Below are positions 28,292-38,248 of a stretch of 64,000 nt of DNA, in pieces. The translations under genes were made by a program, and so were the position numbers. The notes beneath the pieces were generated by a model. The model did not search any database, was not told where the DNA came from, and saw only the letters and a program-made list of their open reading frames with translations. Each line of letters starts with the position of its first letter. The first letter of the stretch is position 1. The DNA lies in IMG/VR virus record IMGVR_UViG_3300008952_000003, positions 64,001 through 128,000 of that record, one strand, 5' to 3'. The stretch comes from a virus.

Positions 28292-28909
28292 ATGAGTAAA
28301 GTTTTACTAAGAGAATATTACGCCCTCTGTGAGGGCGGCGTCTGTCAAGATTTGTTGACAGAGGCAGAAAAAAGAGACATTAAAGAAAATAATGCCATGT
28401 ACTTGACAGGCTTGATGCAACAAGCTGACCTACAAAATGGCAATGGAAGGGTATATCCACAGCAAATACTCATGAGAGAGATAAAGACATACCAAAAGCT
28501 TGTTTTGGAGCGCCGCGCCTTGGGAGAATTAGATCACCCGGATGATTCCATCATTAACTTGAGGAATGCCTCTCACATGGTCTCCCGGATTTGGACTGAG
28601 GGCCCAAAAGTCATGGGAACAGTGAAAGTTCTCAATACCCCTTCTGGGAATATCTTGAGGGGACTCGTCGAGAGTGGGTGTCAATTGGGCATTTCATCGA
28701 GAGGTCTGGGTTCAGTAAGAGAAAACATGGACAGTAGTGTCGTGGTCGAAGATGATTTTCAATTGATCTGCTTCGATTTCGTATCAGAACCATCAACGCC
28801 AAACGCATACATGCAACTGCAAGAAGGTAAGAAATACGATGAACCAAACATTTTTACCAAAGCAGATAGAATTAATCGTGCTTTGAACAGTATTTTGGGT
28901 GATAAATGA
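28292..28909 (+). CDS. gp21: prohead core protease (T4 gp21-like)
   Basis: NGNGRVYP, ALGELDHP, NASH, GISSRGLGSV, FDFVSEPSTPNA. Confidence 0.95.
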   Translation: MSKVLLREYYALCEGGVCQDLLTEAEKRDIKENNAMYLTGLMQQADLQNGNGRVYPQQILMREIKTYQKLVLERRALGELDHPDDSIINLRNASHMVSRIWTEGPKVMGTVKVLNTPSGNILRGLVESGCQLGISSRGLGSVRENMDSSVVVEDDFQLICFDFVSEPSTPNAYMQLQEGKKYDEPNIFTKADRINRALNSILGDK

Positions 28910-29328
28910 AAAAAAGTGAACTACAAAAAATCCTAAAACCCCTTATCAAAGAGTGTATTAAAGAAGTGATCTTTGAAGAGGGGGTTTTGTCAAATTTGAT
29001 TAAAGAAATAGCCGTTGGTTTGGGAACTCAGCAGCCACTCGTTGAGATAAGAAATCCAGAGCCACAATATGACTTCTCAAGGCAACAAGTTGAGCTTCAA
29101 GAGGAGGCCTCCGAGGCTCTAAAAGAGAAGAAGAAGAAACTAGAGGAGTCAATGGGTGCCGGATTCAGTGGCATATTTGATAATGTGGCTCCGATATCAA
29201 GAGCAGGCACCCCAGGGGCCCCCACATCACAAAGTCCATTATCTACTTACGCACCGAATGATGCTGGTGTGGATATCAGCGGGATTATGGCAATTGCAGG
29301 CGGAAAAAATTGGAAAAATATGATTTAG
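28906..29328 (+). CDS. hypothetical protein
   Basis: ATGA-type overlap; MKKSELQKILKPLIKECIKEV helical N-terminus. Confidence 0.7.
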   Translation: MKKSELQKILKPLIKECIKEVIFEEGVLSNLIKEIAVGLGTQQPLVEIRNPEPQYDFSRQQVELQEEASEALKEKKKKLEESMGAGFSGIFDNVAPISRAGTPGAPTSQSPLSTYAPNDAGVDISGIMAIAGGKNWKNMI

Positions 29329-29339
29329 TTTCTTATTTA

Positions 29340-29349
29340 ACTATTTATA
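29340..29349 (+). promoter_or_regulatory. putative late promoter motif ACTATTTATA
   Basis: Intergenic, 31 nt before ATG 29371. Confidence 0.6.
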
Positions 29350-29370
29350 TAGGTAAAGTGAACTAAATAT

Positions 29371-32300
29371 ATGTCAAGATTTAGGCCAAGTAGAAATTAC
29401 GTTAGTGGCAAAGTTGTATTTGATGGAGGCCCCGTTGATATATCAGGTGATCTGGTTGTATCTGGGTCCGTAACAGCTAACGAATATAATGTAAATGTCA
29501 TTAATACAAATGTGACTCATATTGACATGGATGGGTCAACAAAATTTGGAGACACTCCAGATGACACACATGTCTTTACGGGCTCGGTCTTTATTGACGG
29601 CCCCCTATCTGCTAGCAGTATTGTCGGCGGCGGCGCCACAACACCGGGCGCCCCAGTCAACTCGGTTCAATTTAACGATGCTGGTGCATTTGCTGGTGAT
29701 GCCGATTTTACGTGGGACAATGCGGCAAATGTACTGACCGTGACTGGTGACATTACAGCATCCGTAAATATTTCCGGAGCCTTTTTCTACGGCGATGGAT
29801 CCGGCCTGACCGGTGTCACAGCAACAGCAGCCCCAGCCGGATTAAATACAGAGATCCAATATAATGCTGACGGCATATTGGGTTCGGACGCCGATTTTAC
29901 ATGGAGTAGTGGTAGTAACACCCTGAGTGTTAATGGATCCATAACTTCGTCAGCCATCCTGATATCTTCCTCTGGCGATCCAGGCCCCCTTTTAGCAGTT
30001 TGTGGAAATGATTTTCCGTGTCTGTTGTCCGTCGACGCCTCCAGTAGCATTGACGGCGGTGGACGCGTACTAATTCGAACCTCAAACGATGACATAGAAC
30101 TTCCAACTTTCACGGCCCAGAGGGGCGCACTTCACTTGGAGCAGGAGTCTACTTCTTCAGCGGCCCTCAATGCAAACGGCATCTCTATGTATACCTATGC
30201 TCAAGAGCAATACCAATCTAGCATTAGGTTACATACTTGGGATCCAGTTCCGGGCGGCGCATCACACTTGTCTTTCTTTACAAATGAGGGCACATTCCCC
30301 CGCAGAGGATTTGTGCTGGACAACCAGCGTCTTGGTAGAATAAATTTCGGAGGATACGATGGCAATCAATCAGCATTTGGGTGTTATATTCAGGCCCGAG
30401 CCGATGAAGACTGGCATTTTTCAAGTAAAAACGGCACAGACCTTCAGTTCTACCTGGTCCCGAAAGAAAAGGGGTACTCGCCAAATTTAAGAGAGAGAAT
30501 AAGGATGACCGGCGAGGGGCACTTGATTGTTTTTCCTTATTCCGCCTCCAATGATGACGCTGATCTGATACAAAACAATTTTCTTTCAAGCCCAGGCTCT
30601 CCTGCATTACAAGTCTATGGCCCCACCATTTTTGGCAGTTCATCGCTGAATACACACACCTTCACCGGCTCAGTTAATATAAGCGGAGATCTGAGTGCCT
30701 CTTTAAATATGTCAGCCAGTGCGTTTTATGGTGACGGATCAAACTTAACAAATGTAAATGCATCTCTTTTAGTTGGAAACTCTCTCTTTGTCGATAGCGT
30801 CAACGGAGATGATGGAACCGCAACGAGGGGAAATGAGTCCCTTCCCTATTTGACAATCGCTGCAGCCCTCGCGGATTCCTTGAGTGGTGATGCTATTTAT
30901 GTTGGCCCCGGCGATTATCCGGAAACGTCCCTGTCCCTTACCACCGGCCGCGCCCTATTTGCTCCTGCCGGATACTCTCAAACTTCAATCGGTATAACAT
31001 CTTCTGCTACCGATATCATCGCGGCAGTTGATAATACTTGGATCGAGGGTTTTACTATTCATGTTCCGACTGGATCTGGAAATGCGGGGATTCGATATAC
31101 TGGGACTGGTGGGACAATGCTGGCTTACTCCATGGCCTATTCTGGCGACGGCGCAAGTGGCCTCGGCGATGGCTTTGTAAAGACGGGTACTGGAAAGGTT
31201 GTAGGGGCAGAAGTTAGGCTCGCCAAGGGCGGCCTGAATTCCATGATCAGGGTTGATCAGGGAGTCATGGCTTTCGAATCAATACACGTTCCCGGAGCCA
31301 CAGGTGTCATAGAAAATGTGGCAATAGCAGAGGGCACCGGCCGCGCTCAATTGATCAATTTTAATGTTGGGAATCCAAACGTTGTTGATACAATGACAGT
31401 TTCTGGTTCGGCAACTGCAATTTGTTTAAACGTCAATTGGTTCAATGTGGCAAATGGAATAAATTTACTGCAAGACGGAGTGACCCTTGAGGTCAACGGC
31501 GGAAAGGTACAGCCAACAACATATAGTATTAAAATGGATCTTGCAACTACCTGGACAACCGCTACGGGAATAACACTTACGAATGTTAGTTTGATTCCGA
31601 CATATTATGTTCCACCAACCGCATTCTCAAGCAACTTTGAGGCATTCTATTCTCAAAAGAAGGGAGAAGATTACGCAGGCGCCGTGAGGTTGTTGGGAGT
31701 TGATTTCGTCGCAGGACTCCCAGAGAAAGGCTCAGGCATAATGGCCGGACGAGGCGCTTCTTTTGGCTTAAATACAAAGGTTTATACGAGCGACGGCACA
31801 GACACGTCGACGACGGTAGGCGCAGTGATAGATGTCACGCCGACAGCATCCTCTATGGAAGATTCAACGTTCACTTTTCAGGGAGGCGCTGTAGATCACT
31901 GTATCTATTATGGAACGATTAGGCGAACCCCTGATAGCCAATTGGTTAAGAACTTTGGGACATTGATTGACACCACCGCTGGATCCCTCACCGGGTCCTA
32001 TGTCTTTGAAATTTGGGATGGTGCAGCCTGGGCGGATGTGGATTACATGTGTACTTCAGTAGATGAGGGATACAGGTATGCTAATAATCCTTTTATGAGG
32101 CCCTCAAGTAGAGAATTCATAAGAACAGGCGTTACTCCCGAGACAACCTGGGCAACATCTTCAATCGACGGAATCGACGCTTATTGGTCGAGATGCAGGA
32201 TAACAACTTCTGCCAGTTTGCCAACTTTCGAAAGATGGTGGCTGACCCCCTCACACTTCATGGTTAGCACCGAGGGCGTTAGGCAATCACACGGCTCGGC

Positions 32301-32913
32301 AGCTTGGAAAGAAACTCTTGTAGGTGCAGGTAATATCTTTGGAGAATCCGGAGGAGTGGTCACGGCAAATCCTGCAGTCGGATCGGGAGTAGTCCCGAAT
32401 GCTTGGAATCACAACATGCCAAACTCCCTCTTAAACTCACCAGGGGGTGATGCAATCTATACTCAGTTTGCCCTGCCAGCGGGAATTGATACATCATTCC
32501 CCTTGACTTTCAAAGTCCTATACTCCCTAGATGACTCCTCCCCCGCTGTCGATTTCCCAACGGGAATTTTATCCGCAATACCATTTGGGGTCACGGGAAT
32601 AGCGATTGCCGACCCGACTGGAGGGAAGATTCCAACCGCTCGCCAATTTGACAACACAGAAACCTTAACGTCCAAAGCGGCTCCTCTCGCTCTATCTTCG
32701 TCTATGCAGCCACCCGGCGCCGTGTTAGGCGATGATCTCAGTAATAAAATCTTTTCTATCGAATATTCATCATTATCTATTGAGGAATACTACGAGGACG
32801 ACATAATCGCAATCCGCTTTGAGTTGGACGACGACGGAGATCCAGCCTACAATGTTGCCATTTGGGCAGTTATTGTGGAAGGGCACAAATTCACAGATGG
32901 GAAAGCAATCTAA
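29371..32913 (+). CDS. tail fibre/tailspike with a pectin-lyase-like beta-helix start motif
   Basis: GSTKFGDTPDDTHVFTGS fibre motif; two (V/I)Q(F/Y)N..G....DADFTW repeats; FVDSVNGDD...PYLTIAAAL...GDAIYVGPGDY beta-helix cap. Confidence 0.7.
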   Translation: MSRFRPSRNYVSGKVVFDGGPVDISGDLVVSGSVTANEYNVNVINTNVTHIDMDGSTKFGDTPDDTHVFTGSVFIDGPLSASSIVGGGATTPGAPVNSVQFNDAGAFAGDADFTWDNAANVLTVTGDITASVNISGAFFYGDGSGLTGVTATAAPAGLNTEIQYNADGILGSDADFTWSSGSNTLSVNGSITSSAILISSSGDPGPLLAVCGNDFPCLLSVDASSSIDGGGRVLIRTSNDDIELPTFTAQRGALHLEQESTSSAALNANGISMYTYAQEQYQSSIRLHTWDPVPGGASHLSFFTNEGTFPRRGFVLDNQRLGRINFGGYDGNQSAFGCYIQARADEDWHFSSKNGTDLQFYLVPKEKGYSPNLRERIRMTGEGHLIVFPYSASNDDADLIQNNFLSSPGSPALQVYGPTIFGSSSLNTHTFTGSVNISGDLSASLNMSASAFYGDGSNLTNVNASLLVGNSLFVDSVNGDDGTATRGNESLPYLTIAAALADSLSGDAIYVGPGDYPETSLSLTTGRALFAPAGYSQTSIGITSSATDIIAAVDNTWIEGFTIHVPTGSGNAGIRYTGTGGTMLAYSMAYSGDGASGLGDGFVKTGTGKVVGAEVRLAKGGLNSMIRVDQGVMAFESIHVPGATGVIENVAIAEGTGRAQLINFNVGNPNVVDTMTVSGSATAICLNVNWFNVANGINLLQDGVTLEVNGGKVQPTTYSIKMDLATTWTTATGITLTNVSLIPTYYVPPTAFSSNFEAFYSQKKGEDYAGAVRLLGVDFVAGLPEKGSGIMAGRGASFGLNTKVYTSDGTDTSTTVGAVIDVTPTASSMEDSTFTFQGGAVDHCIYYGTIRRTPDSQLVKNFGTLIDTTAGSLTGSYVFEIWDGAAWADVDYMCTSVDEGYRYANNPFMRPSSREFIRTGVTPETTWATSSIDGIDAYWSRCRITTSASLPTFERWWLTPSHFMVSTEGVRQSHGSAAWKETLVGAGNIFGESGGVVTANPAVGSGVVPNAWNHNMPNSLLNSPGGDAIYTQFALPAGIDTSFPLTFKVLYSLDDSSPAVDFPTGILSAIPFGVTGIAIADPTGGKIPTARQFDNTETLTSKAAPLALSSSMQPPGAVLGDDLSNKIFSIEYSSLSIEEYYEDDIIAIRFELDDDGDPAYNVAIWAVIVEGHKFTDGKAI

Positions 32914-33956
32914 TGGCGGGAAATTTTAATTTATTATATACACAATCTTTTACGGCGACAGACACAATCGTTGTCAATCACTCTCTCAATAGATATCAGA
33001 TGGGTGTCATAATTACCATTGCCGGCTCAGCAGATAGTTCGGCACTTATTTCCTCTATTGATCTCGACCCCGTGGATCCGAGAAACTCCCTAACAATTAC
33101 TTTGACTTCTGCTCAAACCGGATTTGTCAAGATTATAGACACAGATTATTCTTGGGCGAACATGCTGACCCCAGAAGAGAGTGCAGAACTTCCAGATGCT
33201 ATAATTTCTGGTTCTGCCGCTGCCGGCGATCTTTCTGGAGCATATCCAGATCCAAGTGTTGCGACCGTTGGCGGAACACTAGCAGCAACTATTGGCTCAC
33301 ATCCATCAGACACAGCAAATCCCCACGCAACAGACGTTGCTAATCTTGGCGCCGGAACTTTAGCAGAATTAAATACGGTAATCTCCGATGCAACTTTGGA
33401 TGATTCTTCGGCCAGTCGTCCACCAAGCGGAAGCGCTGGTGGAGATCTTGCGGGAACATATCCAAACCCCAGTTTATCTACCACGGCCGTCTCCGCAGGA
33501 TCGTATACTTCGGCTGATATTACTGTTGATGCCCAAGGTAGATTGACTGCGGCCTCTAATGGGTCTGGTGGGGGAGTTTTCGGACAAGATTATCAAACAG
33601 CAATTTCTGTTGCAAGAGATACTACCACCTCAACTACATTTCAGATAAAGGTTACTTTGACAACGCCGATACTGACGGGGACATATCGAGTTGGGTGGCA
33701 TTCAGTGATCGACCTTGCTCGAACCGACAGAGATGGCGAATTTCAGTTATATAATGCAACAGACGCTTCGACAGTAGGGGTAGTACAACAACTGGAAGTC
33801 AAAGACATCGACAATAAAACCGTTGTTGGTGGATTCGCCGAAGTCGTATTTAGTAGTGAATCCAAGTCTTTTGAGATTCAATATAGAAGATCTTCATCGG
33901 GATCAACAACAGTGGGAATCGAAGACGCGAGAATTGAGTTTTGGAGGGTTAGTTGA
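32913..33956 (+). CDS. tail fibre-like protein
   Basis: TAATG coupling; GDL(S/A)G(A/T)YP(D/N)PS twice; AGSYTSADITVDAQGRLTAASNG fibre motif. Confidence 0.7.
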   Translation: MAGNFNLLYTQSFTATDTIVVNHSLNRYQMGVIITIAGSADSSALISSIDLDPVDPRNSLTITLTSAQTGFVKIIDTDYSWANMLTPEESAELPDAIISGSAAAGDLSGAYPDPSVATVGGTLAATIGSHPSDTANPHATDVANLGAGTLAELNTVISDATLDDSSASRPPSGSAGGDLAGTYPNPSLSTTAVSAGSYTSADITVDAQGRLTAASNGSGGGVFGQDYQTAISVARDTTTSTTFQIKVTLTTPILTGTYRVGWHSVIDLARTDRDGEFQLYNATDASTVGVVQQLEVKDIDNKTVVGGFAEVVFSSESKSFEIQYRRSSSGSTTVGIEDARIEFWRVS

Positions 33957-34009
33957 TGTCATTTCCTAATTATGTGGCGCCACCGAGTGTTGAAATTCAT
34001 AAAGGCACT

Positions 34010-34019
34010 ACTACTTATA
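34010..34019 (+). promoter_or_regulatory. putative late promoter motif ACTACTTATA
   Basis: 30 nt before ATG 34040. Confidence 0.45.
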
Positions 34020-34039
34020 ATGTCCGGAGGCAAAGTTAA

Positions 34040-34597
34040 ATGAACTATTTTTATTCACTATCCGCAGATTTCCCACAAGGCATAGATGGCGAAAAACTAC
34101 ACGATGAAATAGGGGGATCTATCGATATCAGCACAACAATAAATGGCATCACTATTTCTGGCGATACTGTGAAAATATCGTTTGATGAAGAGATCACCCT
34201 GGGCGAGAAAAACGACCTAGATCACATCGTAGCGACTTGCACGCCACCATCCTCTATAGATACAGCAAGAGAGGAGAAGCATTTCGAGATTGATCAAAAA
34301 ACTCATGAAATTATAGAAAGAGGGTTTCAGTTTGATGGGAAGGTGTTCAGTCTCGATATCAGATCTCAGATGGAGTGGGTTTTCTTGAAGTTGATGGAGG
34401 TGGAACAAATTTGGCCCGCAAGGATTCAAACTATTGATGGAGAGATATACTATTTGCAACAAGCAGATTTACACAACTTCGCCCTGGCCGCTTTTGATAA
34501 AATACGGCAAACATTCGACAGTTCGACAGCCCTAAAAGATGATATAAATATGTACTCGACAGAAGAAGAAATTCTCAGCATCGAAGATACGAGATAA
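34040..34597 (+). CDS. tail fibre assembly/chaperone-like protein (DUF4376-like C-terminal half)
   Basis: AREEKHFEIDQKTHEIIERGFQFDGKVFSLD..SQ..W pattern; follows the fibre genes; RBS GGAGG. Confidence 0.55.
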   Translation: MNYFYSLSADFPQGIDGEKLHDEIGGSIDISTTINGITISGDTVKISFDEEITLGEKNDLDHIVATCTPPSSIDTAREEKHFEIDQKTHEIIERGFQFDGKVFSLDIRSQMEWVFLKLMEVEQIWPARIQTIDGEIYYLQQADLHNFALAAFDKIRQTFDSSTALKDDINMYSTEEEILSIEDTR

Positions 34598-34608
34598 TTG
34601 GAGTAAAA

Positions 34609-34887
34609 ATGTCTAGATCTAAGCCATCTAATTTGACAGAAAGGCCGAGAGGAAAGCACGATAATGATTTGCGAATGATTCGCAGATTTATGAAAAAGAT
34701 TAAAAAGTTCAGAATATTAGATGATTATAAAGAGACTCTGGTATTTGAAAAAGATTCTACAAAAAAGAGAAAAGCAAGAAAGAGAAGAAGAAAGGTTCTC
34801 GACAAATTGAGAGATGAGGAAAAGAAATCAATGGAAATCAATGATGAACTTCCCAAACTACCAAAAAAAAGAAAAACAAGAAGATAG
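34609..34887 (+). CDS. rpsU: phage-encoded ribosomal protein bS21 homologue
   Basis: DLRMIRRFMKKIKKFRILDDYKETLVFEKDSTKKRKARKRR aligns by eye to the bS21 pattern FEKALRRFKRK..KAGIL.E.RRREFYEKPS..RKR. Confidence 0.75.
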   Translation: MSRSKPSNLTERPRGKHDNDLRMIRRFMKKIKKFRILDDYKETLVFEKDSTKKRKARKRRRKVLDKLRDEEKKSMEINDELPKLPKKRKTRR

Positions 34888-34898
34888 AATTTTTAAAA

Positions 34899-34908
34899 AC
34901 TATTTATA
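34899..34908 (+). promoter_or_regulatory. putative late promoter motif ACTATTTATA
   Basis: Intergenic, 41 nt before ATG 34940. Confidence 0.6.
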
Positions 34909-34939
34909 TTATTAAAAGAAACAATGGGAGTTTATTTAA

Positions 34940-35338
34940 ATGAGTGTATATCAATATAGAGCGGGATTGAATAATGTTGGATCCTACCAAGTTGGCGGAA
35001 CTCCGTATCTGACTGGCTCAACATTGGATGGCGGTGGCGCCGAAACTAAAATAGAATTTCCCAATGTAACAAAGAATATTTTGGTAGTCAATACTTCTGC
35101 CTCTGTTCCGATTAGAGTCCACTTTAATTCTCTTTCTGACGGAAATGTAGACGGCGGACATCACTTTTTTACACTTGAGGATAAAAAAGACAATGTAACC
35201 CTAAATAGCAAGTGTAAAGAGATATTCATATCAGTATTGGCGCCTGGATTTGACGGGTCTTTCGAGTTGGTTGCCGATCTAACCGGGATTAAATCTACTG
35301 AAATGTTCGTCCTAACTGGATCCGGACTTACAGAGTAG
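34940..35338 (+). CDS. hypothetical protein, probably virion
   Basis: Has its own late motif; beta-rich; lies next to the scaffold and capsid genes. Confidence 0.7.
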   Translation: MSVYQYRAGLNNVGSYQVGGTPYLTGSTLDGGGAETKIEFPNVTKNILVVNTSASVPIRVHFNSLSDGNVDGGHHFFTLEDKKDNVTLNSKCKEIFISVLAPGFDGSFELVADLTGIKSTEMFVLTGSGLTE

Positions 35339-35404
35339 AAAAGATTTCAATTTATTTTTTATAAAACAAACTCTTTATAAAAAGGTCTTTTTATGTTTTA
35401 AAAG

Positions 35405-35414
35405 ACTATTTATC
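35405..35414 (+). promoter_or_regulatory. putative late promoter motif ACTATTTATC
   Basis: 41 nt before the scaffold ATG; RBS AAGGAG follows. Confidence 0.6.
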
Positions 35415-35445
35415 TGTGAGGTAATTTTTTTTAAGGAGTTCACAA

Positions 35446-36411
35446 ATGTCTTCACTTTTGGAACAAGCAATAATTGACGCATCGGCGCTAAAAGAAGCTG
35501 CTGTAAAAAATGCAGAAACAGCAATATTGAATAAATATTCAAGCGATATCAAGGAGGCCGTTGAGAGCCTCTTGGAGCAAGAAGATGAGGAGGTGCTAGA
35601 TCCCATAGATCCCGAGACACCAGACATTCCTCTTGCTGGTGCTCCCGCCGATAGCGCCGAAGAAGTTATTACTTTGGATTTTGAAGAATTGAAGGAAATG
35701 GCGGAAACCTTAGCGGAAAAAGATCAAGAACTGATTGGCTCGGAGTACGCACATTCTGCAGCTAGCGATGAGGAGGGACAATTGTCACCTCCCGAGACGG
35801 AAGTCGATAAAGTCGATGTAGATGTCGCGCTAGAAGAAGATATTGACCTGGCAGATTTGGATAATATCCTAGAAGAACTGGTTGTCGATATTGATCCTCG
35901 TAAATCCGGCTGGGCCGGAACTCCCGAAGAGGTTATGAATTATAAAGAAGAAATGGAACTCGCACACAGATCTTCAACTGCGGCTAAAGAAAAAGCCGAA
36001 GAACTTCAGTCTGCTGTCGAGAGACTTTCCGAAGAAAAACAAATTTTAAAAGATAAAAACACAAAGATTATTGAAGCCATAAAGGCTTTAAAAGAGAATT
36101 TTGATAAAGTAAATTTATCAAATGCAAGATTACTCTATACAAATCGCATTTTGACAAACGACTCCTTGAATGAGCGACAAAAACATAAAATTGTCGAAGC
36201 TTTGTCGAATGCTATTTCTATTGAGGAAGCAAAGGTTATTTTCGAGACTCTAGAAAGCGCAGTGGGTAGTGTATCAGGTAAAGCGCGACCACAATCACTC
36301 CGCGAGACTATTGAACGACCTTCTGCCACTTTACCTAGAAGAGCACCAGCTAGGAACATAGAAACTCCAGTAATGGAGAGAATGAAAATTCTAGCAGGTA
36401 TTAAAAACTAG
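35446..36411 (+). CDS. prohead scaffold protein (T4 gp22-like)
   Basis: Acidic coiled coil directly upstream of the MCP; NLSNARLLYTNRIL...LNERQK..IVEA. Confidence 0.75.
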   Translation: MSSLLEQAIIDASALKEAAVKNAETAILNKYSSDIKEAVESLLEQEDEEVLDPIDPETPDIPLAGAPADSAEEVITLDFEELKEMAETLAEKDQELIGSEYAHSAASDEEGQLSPPETEVDKVDVDVALEEDIDLADLDNILEELVVDIDPRKSGWAGTPEEVMNYKEEMELAHRSSTAAKEKAEELQSAVERLSEEKQILKDKNTKIIEAIKALKENFDKVNLSNARLLYTNRILTNDSLNERQKHKIVEALSNAISIEEAKVIFETLESAVGSVSGKARPQSLRETIERPSATLPRRAPARNIETPVMERMKILAGIKN

Positions 36412-36436
36412 ATAACAATTAGGAGAATATAAAAAA

Positions 36437-38176
36437 ATGTCTATTTTAAATAAATTAACTGAAGGTATCGTTCGACGCGATCTTTCTAAAGAAGGTGCCG
36501 CTCTTCTCTCCAAGTGGGAAAAGACTGGTCTTCTTGAGGGGATTTCTAATGAGCGTGCCAAACACGGAATGGCTTCGTTGCTCGAAAACCAAGCTAAAGA
36601 ACTTCTTCGCGAAGCCTCCACCATGGCAGGTGCCGGCGGCGGTGACGTTGAGGGTTTCGCTTCCGTAGCTTTCCCCATCGTCCGCCGCGTCTTCGGTGGT
36701 TTGATCGCAAACGATCTCGTCTCGGTTCAGCCGATGAGCTTGCCTTCTGGCCTCATCTTCTTCCTTGACTTCACACTTCACCCTCGTGATGGTGCCCGCC
36801 TTGATTCTGTTATTGGCGAGTCCGTTTACGGTGGTGGTGTTGTTGCTTCACAAATCACTGGTGGCGTCTCGCTCGCCGGTAACGAAGCAGAGCAGAGCTT
36901 TTATGCTCTGAACAATGGTTACTCCAGCCCGACTGGATCAGTTAGACCACTCGTACTAACTGATCTTGGAGCCGCTTCAGGTACTGTTGGCTCCGGCATT
37001 CCAGGTGACTGGACAGGTACGGGCCCCGGAGGCGCAGCCCTTGCTTCCCTCGGTGACCGCCTCGTCCGCTTCGATCCGGATATCGCTTCCGGCACTGCAG
37101 CATGCGTTGTTTCTGTGCCCCTCGCGACATTCACCGCTGGCCAGTTGAATATCAAGGATTATGTCACAATCACCCTTGATGATAACGCAGGCACAGTCGA
37201 TGCAACCCAGGTCCGCAGATTGACCCGCGACGATCCCAATACTGCAGCAAATATTCTGCTTGTAACATCAGATGGTACAAATACTATAACACTCTCTGGT
37301 ACTATGACCACTGCACCCAAAGGAGCTTCTTTTGTCATTGACGATGCGTTCCAGGCAGCAGGTGCTATTGGTTCTGTCGAAGGTATCGACGTCTGGGGTC
37401 TTGAGAATGAAGAACGTATCCCAGAAATCGACATCAAAGTCGATTCTGTGGCTGTGACCGCAAAGACCAAAAAGCTCAAAGCTAAGTGGACGCCTGAATT
37501 GGCACAAGACTTGAACGCTTATCATAATCTCGATGCAGAGGTTGAGTTGACTAGTATTCTGTCTGAGCACATTGCTCTTGAGATTGACCAAGAAATCTTG
37601 GAAGACCTTATCAAAGGTGCTACTGCTGAAACCCTGTTTTGGTCGCGACTTCCTGGAAAATTCGTGAATCGTGTCACTGGCGGCGCTCTGGATTCCGTAA
37701 CTAACGGCTTCCCAGACTTCACCGGCAACGTTAGCGAATGGTATGAGACCCTCGTCGAGACCATCAATGACGTCTCCGCACAGATCCACAGAAAGACACT
37801 TCGTGGTGGTGCCAACTTCATCGTTGTTTCGCCTGAAGTTGCAAACCTCCTCGAATTCACTGCTGGATTCCGTGGATCCGTCACTCACGATGATGATCGT
37901 GGGCAAGTTGGTGCAGTCAGAGTTGGCTCCTTGAGCAAGAAGTTTGACGTATATGTTGATCCTTACTTCCCGAGAAACGTTGTTCTCGCGGGTCGCAAAG
38001 GCTCCTCATTCCTCGAAAGTGGATACGTTTACGCTCCGTATGTGCCGCTCCAGATGACTCCTACCATTTTTGGTACTGAGGATTTCGTGCCGCGCAAAGG
38101 CGTCATGACTCGTTATGCCAAGAAAATGGTTCGTCCTGATATGTATGGACTTGTCATTGTTCAAGATCTTGTATAA
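36437..38176 (+). CDS. gp23: major capsid protein (T4 gp23-like)
   Basis: AFPIVRRVFGGLIANDLVSVQPMSLPSGLIF, KTKKLKAKWTPELAQDLNAYH, EIDQEIL, GYVYAPYVPL, PRKGVMTRYAKKMVRPDMYG. Confidence 0.97.
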   Translation: MSILNKLTEGIVRRDLSKEGAALLSKWEKTGLLEGISNERAKHGMASLLENQAKELLREASTMAGAGGGDVEGFASVAFPIVRRVFGGLIANDLVSVQPMSLPSGLIFFLDFTLHPRDGARLDSVIGESVYGGGVVASQITGGVSLAGNEAEQSFYALNNGYSSPTGSVRPLVLTDLGAASGTVGSGIPGDWTGTGPGGAALASLGDRLVRFDPDIASGTAACVVSVPLATFTAGQLNIKDYVTITLDDNAGTVDATQVRRLTRDDPNTAANILLVTSDGTNTITLSGTMTTAPKGASFVIDDAFQAAGAIGSVEGIDVWGLENEERIPEIDIKVDSVAVTAKTKKLKAKWTPELAQDLNAYHNLDAEVELTSILSEHIALEIDQEILEDLIKGATAETLFWSRLPGKFVNRVTGGALDSVTNGFPDFTGNVSEWYETLVETINDVSAQIHRKTLRGGANFIVVSPEVANLLEFTAGFRGSVTHDDDRGQVGAVRVGSLSKKFDVYVDPYFPRNVVLAGRKGSSFLESGYVYAPYVPLQMTPTIFGTEDFVPRKGVMTRYAKKMVRPDMYGLVIVQDLV

Positions 38177-38209
38177 TAGCCGAATAGCTACACAATAAGA
38201 GAATTAATG

Positions 38210-38240
38210 CCCTCCCACTTTTTGTGGGGGGGTTTTGTTT
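38210..38240 (+). terminator. intrinsic terminator after the MCP
   Basis: Stem ccctcccac / gtggggggg, then ttttgttt. Confidence 0.8.
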
Positions 38241-38248
38241 ATCTAGAA

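Noticed and set aside
37268-37906. 212-aa minus-strand ORF, and other minus-strand ORFs such as 2575-3096, 3439-3957 and 54061-54630
   Set aside because: They are antisense shadows of well-supported + strand genes with biased codons; I saw no RBS or recognisable motifs.
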